Assembly: GCA_963735035.1 (NCBI GenBank)
Contig: CAVTJJ010000003.1
Span: 925,191 to 989,190 of the forward strand
Length of the DNA stretch: 64,000 nt
DNA from: an uncultured candidate division Zixibacteria bacterium
GTDB lineage: Bacteria; Zixibacteria; MSB-5A5; GN15; FEB-12
Reading direction: 5' to 3'
This document shows, piece after piece, positions 40,408-52,320 of the stretch (positions are counted from its first letter, which is position 1; each line of letters begins with the position of its first letter). The notes under the pieces were generated by a model. That model made no database searches, was not told the origin of the DNA, and saw only the letters and a program-made list of their open reading frames with translations. The position numbers were made by a program, and so were the translations under genes.

Positions 40408-43400
40408 ATGAGGAATATTGGATTCAAGTGGTTCACAGCACCATTGTTTGTAGCTGCACTTTACTTTTCGGGATTGGCGCAAATCAGCGATTCAACGAGC
40501 AGTAATCCTTGGCACGAAAAGGGCAGGAAAAGTGCGTTCCGGACAACTGGCGGTATCACACAAGCCCAACTGACCAGTATTGCCTCCAATCTACAACAGG
40601 TAGTCGGGAAGAATAGCACGCCGTCTCTAGCGCCTCGTCTAAGAGTGGTCTTGCTGGATTGCTCGGAAGCAACCGCCCGCATGCAAAGCCGCTCGTGAAC
40701 AGGGTTCCGACAGCGTTGTCACTTGGGTCCTGTACTATCAAATGGGATACAGCAAACGGCACCCCCACTTTTATTGCAGGGGCAGGACTACAAAGGACCG
40801 CTTCGATGGCGACGGCAGCCCAAACGGACCAACAGACAGCCTTGTCCTACTTTGAAACCAACAAGCTCCTATTTCGACTTGACAGTCCAACAGATGAACT
40901 AGCCGTCGCGCGGGAACATGTCGACAAGCTCGGCAAGACACACATCGTGTACCAGCAGGCCTACATGGGAATCCCTGTTTGGGGCCGTGAAATAGCAGTG
41001 CATCTGGACGCAAACCACGAATTGTACGCTATCAATGCGCGCTACTCCCCTTCACCAAGGACCTTGGACCTATCGGCCAACAGAATCACTGCACAACAGG
41101 CCATCGATGACGCCATAAGCGACCTATCTGCACGAGGACCTATTAAGGTCTTTGGTACTGACCTTAAACGTCTACTGGAATATGACGGCCCAACAGCTAA
41201 GCTTTATATCTGGATCAACCGAGAGACGCAAGAGCCCCACCTTGTATGGCACATAGCCATCCGACCCAACATACGCGACTTGTGGTACTACTTTGTTGAC
41301 GCCAACAACGGACAAATCCTCGAATCATACAACGCCACATGCTTTGATGGCCCAGCCGTTGCTACAGCAACCGATCTGAATGGCGTTACGCAAAGCCTGA
41401 ATGTGTACTATGTGGCCCCTACATATTACATGATTGACGCCACCCGCCCAATCTGGCAGGGCGTTCAACCTGACATCATAAAGGACCCAAGGGGTGCATT
41501 GTGGACGCAAGATATGCAAGACGTCTATCAGGGTCCATTGTCCAATGTTACCTCAGTTGACAACAATTGGAACGACCCTGTCTCTGTATCGGCGCATTAC
41601 AATGCGGGTCAGACTTTCGATTATTTCTATAACACATTTGGGCGTCTCGCCATTGACAACTATGGTAGCACTGTGAAATTAATCATTCATGTCCCTGATA
41701 GTGGCAACACATTATTGGACAACGCTTATTGGAATGGCAAATTCATACACTATGGTGACGGTAATACATCTTTCAAGCCACTTTCGGGAGCCTTAGATGT
41801 AGCCGCGCACGAAATAACTCATGGCGTTGTGCAATACACGGTGAATCTTGAGCCAGGCTTTCAGCCAGGCGCCCTTAACGAGACGTTTGCCGACGTTTTC
41901 GGGGCGATGGTGGACAGGACTGATTGGTTGATAGGCGAGGATGTCGTGAAACTGACAGCGTTTCCTTCCGGTGCAATGCGCGATATGGCTGATCCCCACA
42001 ACGGAGGCAGTGGCCCAAGTGACCTCGGCTCGGGTTGGCAACCTTCCAATATGTCTGAATATCTGACACTTGAATTCACTGAAGATGGTGACTGGGGTGG
42101 TGTTCATGTCAACAGCGGGATTACCAACCGCGCGGCGTATCTGATCGGCACAACGATTGGCAAAGATAAACTGGAGCAGATATACTACAGGGTCCTAGAC
42201 GCAGGATACCTAAATAGGCTGGCTGAGTTTATTGATATGCGCTTGGCTGCTATTCTTGCGGCCGGAGAGTTGTACGGCAACCCTTCCGCTGAAGTAACTG
42301 CGGTCGAGGCAGCCTTCAGTACTGTGGGCATTGCGGATGGAGCGGGCACAGTGCAACCACCCGATATCGCGCCAATTGAAGGAGAGCAATGGATTGCCGT
42401 AGTCAATGCCGATGTTTCTGACAGTAGCTTGTATCTTGTTAGTCCCGATATACCGGCTACCCAAATCAATCAGCTTACTACTACGCAAGTATTTACGGGC
42501 ACCGGATGCCCTATTACTACACCGCGTGACGGTTCTTTTGTAGTATTCGTGGATAGTGCACACTTCTTACGCGCTATAGGATCCGATGGTGTCGGTGAAT
42601 CAGTGTTTAGCGCGGCCGGTGAATGGTGGTCGGTGGCGCTCTCTCCTGACGGCACCAAGTTGGCCGCAACCACCATATACGAAGACTCGAGCATATACGT
42701 TCTTGACCTCGTGAATGCTGACTCCAGCAAAGTATTTCACCTGTATAGTCCTGGGGCTGATGGTGGTTCAGTTTACACAACTCGCTTTGCAGACGCTCTT
42801 GATTGGGATCTCACTGGTCAGTACGTTCTTTATGATGCATTCAACAGTGTTCCCCAAAGTGGCGGCGGGGCCATCGAGTATTGGGACATCAACGGGCTCA
42901 ATGTTGATTATGGCATTGTGTTCCCGGTGTTTCCTCCCCTGCCGGCAGGAATCCAAATAGGGAATCCCTCTTTTGCCAACACAAACGACGTGTTCTTTGC
43001 TTTCGATCTGATTGATGCCAATACAGGGCAAGTTCAAGTACAGGCAGTGAATCTCTTCACCGGCGACATTGGCTTGATAGAAGATAACGGTTCCTCGGTC
43101 GGATACCCTGACTACTCACCGGACGATAGTCGCATTGTCTTCCGTCGTCCGGAAGCAGGTCACTTGACGCTAAGACAGATTGCGGTCGATTCGACAAAGA
43201 TCACTCCCGTCGGCGCGTCCGTTGCTTGGATACAAGACGGCACGTTGCCTACCTGGTTCACTATTAAGAGCCTCGTTGATGTTGAAGGAGATGAAGAGGC
43301 CGCGTCACTGCCAAAATCGTATAGCCTTTCACAGAATTACCCCAACCCATTTAATCCAGTGACGGAGATCAAGTTCGCCCTTCCTCGATCCGTTGATATT

Positions 43401-43577
43401 CGTTTGGAAGTGTTCAACGTGCTTGGGCAGAAGGTAGCTACGCTGGCGGATGGGCGGTGCGATGCCGGTGAGCACACTGTGATTTGGAACGCGAGTCGCC
43501 AAGCCAGCGGAGTCTACTTGTACCGTCTGACCGCCGGTGAGTTTGTCGAGACAAAGAAGATGCTCTTGCTGAAGTAG
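40408..43577 (+). CDS. Secreted M4 (thermolysin-like) metalloprotease with FTP/PepSY propeptide, beta-propeller and FlgD/T9SS-like tail; frameshift near 40620-40690
   Basis: NAYWNG, AAHEITHG, GALNETFAD, GGVHVNSG, QNYPNPFNP; the signal peptide is in the 40408 frame. Confidence 0.92.
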
Positions 43578-43687
43578 TCAATCCGCCAGGGCCACAGGGG
43601 TCCCACCCTTCTACCCTTGGATGCCCCGGTCAAGCCGGGGCATAACAGACAAGGCGGGTTTGAGGCAGACCCGCCCTACAAGACCCC

Positions 43688-45472
43688 CTACTCAAACACC
43701 AGCTCGCCGAAGGTCGTCGGGGTGTAGTCCCACGGTGACTGGAACGCCGCCGCTGAGTTCGTCCGCACCTGTTTGCGACGGAACTGCACCCGCCACAGAT
43801 CACCGGGCTTCGGCGTCACATCCAAAGACGCACTGGCGGGGGTCTTCTTCGCGAACTGCATCAGCGGGATGCGCATCTCGATTGCGTAATAATCCGACCC
43901 GCGCACCGCTTTCACCTCGACCTCGCCGTTCCAGTCCGTCCGGCCCGACCAGAACCCGTCGCTCGCCCGCTCAATAAGCTGATCGCACACCGTCCCGAGC
44001 GGATTGACATAGATCTGCGGCACGTCGCCGTTCGGCCCACCCGGCTGGAACATCCAACCAACCGCATCCTCGGTGTACACTGCGGCGTCGCGCTCGGTCA
44101 TGGTCGCCCGAAGCGCCGTCATCACCGAATCGCGGCAATACGCAGCCGACATACAGATTGTCTTTGTCATAGGCAAAATAGAATCGTGGTCGAATCGATC
44201 TGTCGACCGCGTCCCGTCGTTGTTGAACAGCGCCGTCACCGGTTTCGACCAGCAGGACTCGTTCAGTTGGCCGTCGATCACAACCTTCCCCTTCGCCTTT
44301 GCACAATACGCCGTGCGGGCGACTTCGAGCTCCCGGCTCACTTTGGTGGAGCGTCCTTCGCCGTACGGCAGCCGGGTCGAAATGCTCCGGCAGCGGATAG
44401 AGCTTGGCCGCAGGTGTGACATTGAACTGTGCGGTCACGGTCGCACCACCCGCCAGCGTGAACGGATAGACCGACGGCGTAATGGTCCAACCCTCAGGCA
44501 CATTCCAGCGCAACGTGTCGCTCCAATCTGTATTCACGATCGGGTTATGTATCGTCACCGTCACAGGCCCTGCCGCAAGTGTGAGCGCATCGCTCAGCGG
44601 AAGCGGTTCAACAAAGCTGATCGACGAGCTCTTGACCAGATTCGACGCCCGCGCCTCAGCGAGCGACTGCACGTTCCACGGCAGCACCGCATCCTTCTTG
44701 ATCGGCGCAATGTGCACACCGTTGACCCGTCGACCGTCACCCAGCCGAATTGATACAGCAGACCGTCGGGACTTTCCTCGGTCTCGCCGCCGGAGCTGCC
44801 CAACGCCGTGTACAGGATGCCGTCGATCTCAGCCGAGAAGTAGGTATGAAAATGTCCGTTGAAGACCGCGTCCACCCCGTTCGCCTTGAAAATTTCGTGC
44901 AGGGCATCCGGTTTCCCGTCACCGAGCGTCTTATACCAAAACGGCTTGTGGAAGAATACGAATGTGTAGCAGGCGTTGCGATTCTTCGCGAGATCATCCT
45001 TGAGCCAGTTGATCTGCGCCTCGGCAAGTTCGCTGGTGTTCTCGGTGCGGCTGTTGTCGAGCACCACGAAATGCATGCCGCGAACATCGAATGAGTAGTA
45101 CGGCTCGCCGATCCGCGCGCGGAATGTCGGCTCCATGGCGTCGGAGGTGATATCATGATTGCCCGGCGTGAAATGAATCGGCATGGTGAGCGATTTCACG
45201 AGGACGAAATATTCATCCCACTGTTTGCGAAGTTCGGTCGTGTCGGAAACGTAACCTTCGATTTGGTCACCTACAGTCATAACAAAGTCCGGCCGCAACC
45301 GTTCGACCTCGGCAACAATCTCCTCGTATACCCCTTCCTGGTGTGAGCCGGTCCGGTCACCGATGATGGCGAAATGGGCCGGATACTTCGACAGATCATC
45401 GCACGGTGTCTGCGACATTGCTGGCGATCCGATGCCGATTACAACTATGCTGATGATTGAAAGAGTTTTCAT
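43688..45472 (-). CDS. Exported calcineurin-like metallophosphoesterase fused to a CBM9-like domain; several frameshifts
   Basis: IGD, VGD, PGNHD, FFHKP, GHFH motifs; VVIDGQLNE..W, FAYDKDNLYV, YTEDAV, EMRIPL spread across frames. Confidence 0.8.
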
Positions 45473-45873
45473 AATGTGTTGACACCCTTTTCTGGCTTGA
45501 CTGTCCGTACCCAAGGATACATCGGATGAGGCTTTCGGAAAAGCGGATTTTCGTGAATCTTGGACAAACCCCGATCTACTAGTCCCCTCGAGATTCAAGT
45601 GCCCGGCAGATGCCCACATCTGCCGGCTCGTATTAATGCACTCGAATTGAGATTGCCGCGCTACGATGTCCCGCCTAGCGGCGGGACATCTCCGCTCGCA
45701 ATGACAGTGAGGTGGAATTCTTCAGCAAGCACGGGATAGCCAGCGCGGAGCTGGGCATTCCCCACCCCGCGATATTGTGTTGCGTGCGGCATTTACTTTG
45801 TCTAGATTTTGTCCGACAGCAGGGTTTTCTCTCAATAACGATGACGTCATTTGCAATTATGGAGAACTAACCT

Positions 45874-47472
45874 ATGAAAACGATACTCTCACTGGCCGTT
45901 GGGATGGTCATACTGGTCGGCATGGCTTCGAGTGCCGCCGCACAGGACAAAGCCGACCTGACGTCGGTGCAGAAGCTCTTGGATTCGGCCAAGTCGGTCC
46001 AGGCGCAGATATTCTCGCCCCGAGCTTATGTCAAGGCGCGCGATCAGTTCGACGAAGCTAAGAAGACTATACGAATCAAGGGGTCTGAGTCGGCCGCCGC
46101 GAATTACCTGGTAAAGACGCGCGAACTTACCGAGAATGCACTGAAGAACACTGAAGTCTGTAAGCTGGCTCTCAAGGAATACCTTTCGCCGCGTGACAAA
46201 GCCTTAGCCGCCAAGGCGGATATATGGGTACCAGTGTTGTTTTCCGAGGCCGAAGCGGTGTTCACTCTGGCCGCCGACAAAGTCGAATCTGGTGATGTCA
46301 AAGGGGCGCTCAAAGAAGCCGCCAAGTCTTCGCCGTTGTACGATGTAGCCGAACTTGAGGCCATACGCACCGAGATTCTCGGCCAGGCCGACAAACTGAT
46401 CGCCAACGCGGTGCTGGATGAAGCCCCCAAATATTCGTTGACCTGTCTGGACAAAGCAAATACCTCGCGCGAGCGCGCCAATGCGATTCTCACGACCGAT
46501 CGTTACAATCGCAAGGATGCGGCCGCCGAGGCGGCGCGGGCCGAATACGAAGCCCGTCACGCGACAACTATCGCCCAATCGGTGCGCTCACTGAATCGAA
46601 ACGACCAGGCCTGGGAGAAGCTGATGCTTCTCTATGAAATCCAAATGGACCGGGTCGCGAACGCTCTTCAGATCGGCTATCTCCCGTTCGACAAAGGGCC
46701 GGGCGACGCCGCCGATACGTTGATCGCCGGAATCAAGCGAGTAACCGGGACCATGTCGGCCGACGCCAGCAAGAGCCAGGGATCGATCGCATCTCTTCAG
46801 AAGACGATTGATGAATTGAATCAAAATCAGGAACGACTCACCGCCAGTCTGTCAACCGTAGTCGAGAAGGTGGGCGGCGATTCGTCCCTTCAGGATCCGA
46901 CCGCCATGGTGCGTGTGATAGACAGCAGCGTGGGTGTGTTGATCGCCGAGCGAAGTCAACTCGCTGATCAGGTCGCGGCAGGACAGGATCGGCTGAGTAA
47001 GCTCTCGGAAGCGCATCAGGAAGTCTCGGCTGAGCTTCAGTCTAAACAGGACAAGGAGCAGCGTCTCGCGCAGGCGAAAGCGATGATCGACCCGACCCAG
47101 GGCGAGATTCTGGTCAGCGGCACCAACGACATTATCCTTCGTCTCTCCGGCCTTTCGTTCGACGCCGGCAAGAGTGAGATTACCGAAGCTCAATTGCCAT
47201 TGCTCGAAAAGGTAAAGCAGATCATTGCGTTGTTTCCGCAGTCACCGCTGGTGGTGGAAGGTCATACCGATGATCGCGGCGACCCGTCTAACAATACGAC
47301 TCTTTCAGAGAAGCGCGCTTTCGCGGTCATGCAGTATCTGCGGCAGGCGATGTCGATACCGTCGGATCGGATTCGCGCTATCGGCTACGGTTCGGACAAG
47401 CCGATAGCCTCGCAGGCGACCCCCGAGGGCCGGGCAAGAAATCGGCGTATCGATATAATCATTATGCAGTAG
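45874..47472 (+). CDS. Exported coiled-coil protein with C-terminal OmpA-like peptidoglycan-binding domain
   Basis: LSFDAGKS, VEGHTD, LSEKRA, GYG..KPIA, GRARNRRIDI. Confidence 0.9.
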   Translation: MKTILSLAVGMVILVGMASSAAAQDKADLTSVQKLLDSAKSVQAQIFSPRAYVKARDQFDEAKKTIRIKGSESAAANYLVKTRELTENALKNTEVCKLALKEYLSPRDKALAAKADIWVPVLFSEAEAVFTLAADKVESGDVKGALKEAAKSSPLYDVAELEAIRTEILGQADKLIANAVLDEAPKYSLTCLDKANTSRERANAILTTDRYNRKDAAAEAARAEYEARHATTIAQSVRSLNRNDQAWEKLMLLYEIQMDRVANALQIGYLPFDKGPGDAADTLIAGIKRVTGTMSADASKSQGSIASLQKTIDELNQNQERLTASLSTVVEKVGGDSSLQDPTAMVRVIDSSVGVLIAERSQLADQVAAGQDRLSKLSEAHQEVSAELQSKQDKEQRLAQAKAMIDPTQGEILVSGTNDIILRLSGLSFDAGKSEITEAQLPLLEKVKQIIALFPQSPLVVEGHTDDRGDPSNNTTLSEKRAFAVMQYLRQAMSIPSDRIRAIGYGSDKPIASQATPEGRARNRRIDIIIMQ

Positions 47473-47504
47473 AGCGTAAATTGCGCAGGTAAGCGGTCAC
47501 ATCT

Positions 47505-48593
47505 ATGAAGATAGCTTTGAAGCGCATCCTATGGTCGATCGTGACTGTGGCAATCCTATTGGTCGCGGCGACCATAGTTGCCGTTGCCAACTACGGCTAT
47601 GACGGACCTGTCTCCGACCATTGGGACGGCTCCCGCTTTACCAGCACCGAGCCGGGCGACCACACCTTCGCCGACATGGTCAAATGGATGTGGGAGATGG
47701 AGAATATCCCCTGGCCGGAGTGGATCGATGATCCCAGGCAGCCGGTTCCTGTTGCGCGAGTGAGTGACGACGGACTTCGGGTGACATACATAAACCACGC
47801 CACCGTTCTCATTCAGACGGACGGGCTGAATATACTCACCGATCCAATTTGGTCTGAGCACACGGGGCCCTTTGGTCGGATCGGGCCCGCGCGCTTGCGG
47901 GCGCCGGGTGTTCTGATAAACGATCTTCCTCCGATAGACTACATTCTCATATCACATGATCATTGGGATCATTTGGATATGCCTACACTAAATAGAATTG
48001 TCGCCCGAGATCATCCGACAATTCTGGTTGGGTTGGGTGTGAAGTCTCTACTGCCGGACGAGGTCGCAAAGAATGCAGTGGAGCTCGATTGGTGGCAATC
48101 AACCTCGTCGCAAGTCACGAGCACGTCGTTCACATTCGTGCCGTCGAGACATCAATCCGGGCGGTGGCCTTTCGTTCAGAACAAGACCTTATGGGGCGGC
48201 TTCGTAATCGAGAGCGCGACCGGCGATCAGGTCTATTTCGCCGGAGACACCGGTCACGGCAACTTTCTGAAACAGATTCATGAACGTTTCGGTCAGATTC
48301 GATTGGCCATCCTGCCTATCGGCAATTACGAGAAGCGCTGGATGATGAAAAGTCAGCACATGAACCCGGACGACGCCGTCAGGGCACACCTCCTGCTTGG
48401 CTCGGGTCAGAGCATGGGAATACACTACGCCACTTTCGCCGAACACCAGGAGCAGGCCATAGACGCCCACGAAATTGACCTTTCGTCGGCGTTGAAGAAC
48501 TATTCTGTCCCCGAGTCGGCGTTCTGGATTCTGAAATTTGGCGAAGGGCGAGACGTGCCACCGCTTGACGTGAACCCGATAACCGGGCCTTGA
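47505..48593 (+). CDS. MBL-fold metallohydrolase (RomA/NAPE-PLD-like)
   Basis: LTDPIWS, ISHDHWDHLD, FAGDTG, LPIG, HMNP, IHYATF. Confidence 0.9.
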   Translation: MKIALKRILWSIVTVAILLVAATIVAVANYGYDGPVSDHWDGSRFTSTEPGDHTFADMVKWMWEMENIPWPEWIDDPRQPVPVARVSDDGLRVTYINHATVLIQTDGLNILTDPIWSEHTGPFGRIGPARLRAPGVLINDLPPIDYILISHDHWDHLDMPTLNRIVARDHPTILVGLGVKSLLPDEVAKNAVELDWWQSTSSQVTSTSFTFVPSRHQSGRWPFVQNKTLWGGFVIESATGDQVYFAGDTGHGNFLKQIHERFGQIRLAILPIGNYEKRWMMKSQHMNPDDAVRAHLLLGSGQSMGIHYATFAEHQEQAIDAHEIDLSSALKNYSVPESAFWILKFGEGRDVPPLDVNPITGP

Positions 48594-48699
48594 ACGGGCG
48601 ATGGTCGGCCTAAGGCGCCCCTCTCGAAATTCTTGACAATCGAACCTCTCGCCAAGTCGGGCGTTTAAGGGTTGAACCGTTTTTCTGAAAGGCGATACG

Positions 48700-49155
48700 A
48701 TGACCCGACCGCTCATCTGGCTGCTAGGCCGAAACGAAAGTAACGACGAATCCAGGCCTATTTCTCTTGGCTTGACTATCCTACGAGTGAGCCTCGGCCT
48801 TATGATGCTGTTCGGGCACGGTCTTGACAAACTGGCCGGTTTCTCTGAAAACGCCGCACAATTCCCAGACCCGTTCGGGCTGGGGAGTCAGGTCTCTTAC
48901 GCCCTCGTTGTCTTCGCCGAGTTCTTTTGCTCGCTGGCGCTGATATTCGGGCTGTTCACCAGACCGGCCGTGATTTCTCTGATCGTTACGATGCTGACTG
49001 CAATACTCATCGTTCACGCCAGTGACCCCTGGGGCAAGAAGGAGCTAGCGGTGGCGTATCTTGTGCCGCTGGTGACAATTCTAATATGCGGTCCGGGGCG
49101 GCATTCACTCGATCGTATTCTCTGGTGGCGTATCACCGCCCGTCGCAAACGCTAA
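48700..49155 (+). CDS. DoxX family membrane protein
   Basis: LRVSLG..M..HG..K, AEFF, GLFTR, GPGRHSLD. Confidence 0.9.
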   Translation: MTRPLIWLLGRNESNDESRPISLGLTILRVSLGLMMLFGHGLDKLAGFSENAAQFPDPFGLGSQVSYALVVFAEFFCSLALIFGLFTRPAVISLIVTMLTAILIVHASDPWGKKELAVAYLVPLVTILICGPGRHSLDRILWWRITARRKR

Positions 49156-49504
49156 CTGATCTCCGACGCGACCAAATACCGTGCCCGGCAGATGCCCACA
49201 TCTGCCGATTCCTTAAGCGTCATGTCTTGTAGGTCAGGCCGACTCGGGGCCTGACATCCTCTCCGAGCAGACAGTTGGGGTTCCCCCGAAGCGCGCGTCT
49301 CAGTTGTAGGTCAGGCCTACTCGGGGCCTGACAGTTTTGACTATCCGGCAGATGTGGGCATCTGCCGGGCACGGTTGCGCGCGTGTCAGGCGTCAAGTCC
49401 GCCTGACCTACAAGCGCTACTTCGTGATCGTAGCAAGAAAGCGATTGCCACCGCATGAAGACACTCGTAAGTTGCCTCATCGTGTGTCTAAAAGGAGTTC
49501 AGTT

Positions 49505-50053
49505 ATGAGTCTAGGTAAATTGATTGTCAGAAGTTGTTTGGTGTCGATGATCACCCTATTGATCATTGTCGGTCTGTCAACTATCGTGTCAGCGCAGACC
49601 GAACCGAAAAGCGACGCATGGAGTTCGTGGCGGTTTCTCGTGGGCGAGTGGGTAAGCAGCCCGGACCCGTCGGGTTCTACCGGCGGGGTCACTTTTTCAA
49701 TGGATCTTAACGAAAAGATTATGCTGTGCCGAAACCATGCCGAATATCCGGCTACCGAGAAATCTCCCGCGATAAACTACCAGAACCTGGGCGTAATCTT
49801 CCACGAAGGCGACAAGCCGGTACAGGCATCATTCTTCGATAACGAAGGTCATGTCATTCGTTATGTAGCCCAGTTCAGCAAGGCCGAGGATACTCTCGCG
49901 CTCACCAGCGATGCATTAGCTAGTGCACCTCGTTTCCGGCTGAGCTATATCAAGCTTGGCGGGGACAGCTTGAAGGTCAATTTCGATATCGCGCCGCCCG
50001 GCCAGCCGGACACGTTTATGCCCTATCGCACCGGCGTGATCCGCAAGAAGTAG
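49505..50053 (+). CDS. Hypothetical exported beta-rich (lipocalin-like) protein
   Basis: AAGGAG RBS, signal peptide, FLVGEW, FFDNEGHVIRY. Confidence 0.7.
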   Translation: MSLGKLIVRSCLVSMITLLIIVGLSTIVSAQTEPKSDAWSSWRFLVGEWVSSPDPSGSTGGVTFSMDLNEKIMLCRNHAEYPATEKSPAINYQNLGVIFHEGDKPVQASFFDNEGHVIRYVAQFSKAEDTLALTSDALASAPRFRLSYIKLGGDSLKVNFDIAPPGQPDTFMPYRTGVIRKK

Positions 50054-50404
50054 TCAAGTAGGTCAGGCATACTCAGGCACACACCGTGCCCGGCAGATGC
50101 CCACATCTGCCGATTCCCTGCGACGTCAATTTCGTAGGTCGAAAGACGTGCCGTCAGGCGTCTCTGCCTGACGGCGCTTTCATTGTACACCGTGCCCGTC
50201 CCGTTGCTGTGTAATCGTCATTGCGAACGGAGATGAACCGACGCAAGGCGGTTCATCGTAGCGCGGCAATCTCAAGGCTGCTGCAGCGGTGTCATTAGAG
50301 ATCGCCACGTCTCGTCCGCGAAGCGCGGTCGAGACTCGCGATGACGAAGAAAGGTCTTCTTAACGCTCCTCAAGTGGTGGGTTCATTTGATCATGAACCA
50401 GCCG

Positions 50405-50812
50405 TCAGAACACCAACCTCACCCCGAACTGGTTGACTGACTCCGGCTCGAAACTCGAAATCACCCGCTGCACATTGAGACTTATCAGCGGCGTGATCGG
50501 TTTGACCAGCGACAGCTCGACATAATGGTCGCGATTCAGACCGGGGGTAAACTTGAAATTGTAGTCGGCGGTGTATTCGAAACTGAAATCGGTCCAGAGC
50601 TTGAAACCGTTGATGACGATCAACTGCAGGGTGCGACCCCGGTTGTCGCCGGAATCATCGTAGTTCTGATAGAGGGAGACCTGGTTGGAGATCGGATAGA
50701 AGCCGATCTTTTTGGATTTTGATTCCCAGGTCGGGATGACGCCGGCCGACAGATCGACCGTTGCGACCAGTGTCGCGATGACCACGCTTACGAGCGAAAC
50801 AAGCTTGCGCAT
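50405..50812 (-). CDS. Hypothetical small exported beta-strand protein
   Basis: AAGGAG RBS, signal peptide, amphipathic strands, terminal Phe. Confidence 0.7.
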   Translation of the reverse strand: MRKLVSLVSVVIATLVATVDLSAGVIPTWESKSKKIGFYPISNQVSLYQNYDDSGDNRGRTLQLIVINGFKLWTDFSFEYTADYNFKFTPGLNRDHYVELSLVKPITPLISLNVQRVISSFEPESVNQFGVRLVF

Positions 50813-51056
50813 GGTATTTCTCCTTGGTTGTTAGGTTATATGTATGTCGAATTACGATCTTGAACTTGGTACCCCACAGCTTGGGGATAATTGAAATAAT
50901 CCTTCTCGTTGTCATTGCGAGCGGAGATGGCCCGCCGTGAGGCGGGGCAACGTAGCGCGGCAATCTCAAGGTCGTTGCGGTGAGGCACTTTGAGATCGCC
51001 ACGCCCGCCGCGGGCTCGCGATGACGGACACTTGGCTTTCTTCGACAATCTCACAT

Positions 51057-51563
51057 TCAATCGTGTAACGACGTCTTCGCCTTGCTCACCCAATTCGGCG
51101 CGGAATCAATCGTCTGCCGAAGAATCAAATTCAACTGCGCCGCATGATGCTGCACGTGACGCATCGTGTACAGGAGCAACTCTGCTTCGGTGAGCGTACC
51201 GCGTCTGAACGCGGACGGCTTATGCGCCGTCTCTTCAGTCAGCGCAGAAATCTTCGCGCGGCACTTGTTACGGCCGTGATCGAGATAGGCGAGCAACTCC
51301 GCCTGCGTATAGACTCTACCCGGCATAAGTCCTGACGGGTCCAATTCGCTCAGCGAGTATCCCGGCGGCGGCGCAAATTTGTCTTCCGACTCGGATAGAT
51401 AGTAATCGAGAAAGAACACGGTGTGATAGACGACGTACCAGTATTCCGGTTTGCGCGTGCGGTCGCTCCAGATATTCTCTGGGCAGGCGCGAATGGCGTT
51501 CTCGAGCGTATCGATCGCCGCCCCGAACTGCTGCCAGATCATCTCTTGCCAGTGTGTGATCAT
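51057..51563 (-). CDS. DinB/DUF664-like protein
   Basis: QFGAAIDTL, YHTVFFLDYY, RHVQHHAAQL. Confidence 0.85.
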   Translation of the reverse strand: MITHWQEMIWQQFGAAIDTLENAIRACPENIWSDRTRKPEYWYVVYHTVFFLDYYLSESEDKFAPPPGYSLSELDPSGLMPGRVYTQAELLAYLDHGRNKCRAKISALTEETAHKPSAFRRGTLTEAELLLYTMRHVQHHAAQLNLILRQTIDSAPNWVSKAKTSLHD

Positions 51564-51656
51564 ATTGGTTCTTCTCTTGTAGGTCGGGTTACGCGCGTTT
51601 ATGGATTGAGTGCGCAACCCGACATTGTGCTGGTGATTGAGCTATCTACCTAAGGT

Positions 51657-52253
51657 TCACAGTTCCCAAATCAAGTAACTCTCAAAGTCGTAGGCGTCTA
51701 TGGCACACTTCTCGGCGTTCACAATGAGGCTGTTGACAACGTCCTTATCCAAGTCCCCACCTTCTGACAGGATGCACGGGTCTGGCAACGAAGAGAACAA
51801 TACCCAATTGGTCCAGGACGTGGAGTTGTTTACGTGTTGAGCAACAGTCTCCCACTCGTTGTGTTGACCGAGCAGGTAATGAAAGACATCGTTCCCTATA
51901 TAGAGTTTGTGGGTTCTGGTCCGCGATGAAAGGGGGTCGTCCCTGCCCGGACCTCGAACTTCAAACACCACAACCCTGTTGTCTTGGCCGTGTAGGAAGT
52001 CGCAAACGTAGTCGACAAACCAATTCTCTGTATGAGAAGGTGAAAATACTCGAGGTGGTGAGAATACTGCGCCAGTAAACCCGTATATTCGGTCGCGACT
52101 GGATTGCCTAGGCCAAACAGATAGTACGCGCCCGCGTCGCAAATCAACTGTTTCGAGGAAAGCTTTGGAGAGTGGGTACGGAGGATTTAACTTATCGATA
52201 ATGTAGCGGCGGGCCCTCTCGTCAAGTTCAATGAGTTCAAACTCCATGATCAA
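51657..52253 (-). CDS. Hypothetical protein (AT-richer than its neighbours)
   Basis: Intact 198-aa ORF ending AYDFESYLIW; no family recognised. Confidence 0.65.
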   Translation of the reverse strand: MIMEFELIELDERARRYIIDKLNPPYPLSKAFLETVDLRRGRVLSVWPRQSSRDRIYGFTGAVFSPPRVFSPSHTENWFVDYVCDFLHGQDNRVVVFEVRGPGRDDPLSSRTRTHKLYIGNDVFHYLLGQHNEWETVAQHVNNSTSWTNWVLFSSLPDPCILSEGGDLDKDVVNSLIVNAEKCAIDAYDFESYLIWEL

Positions 52254-52320
52254 CTCCAGTAAGCGTGATCCATTGTCAGGAGCCTAAGGGCTCCTGACCT
52301 ACAGGAATCAAGAAGCGCAC

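Noticed and set aside
49180..50345. Clustered short repeats as a possible CRISPR array
   Set aside because: Mixed families, both orientations, irregular spacing and no cas genes; REP-like instead.
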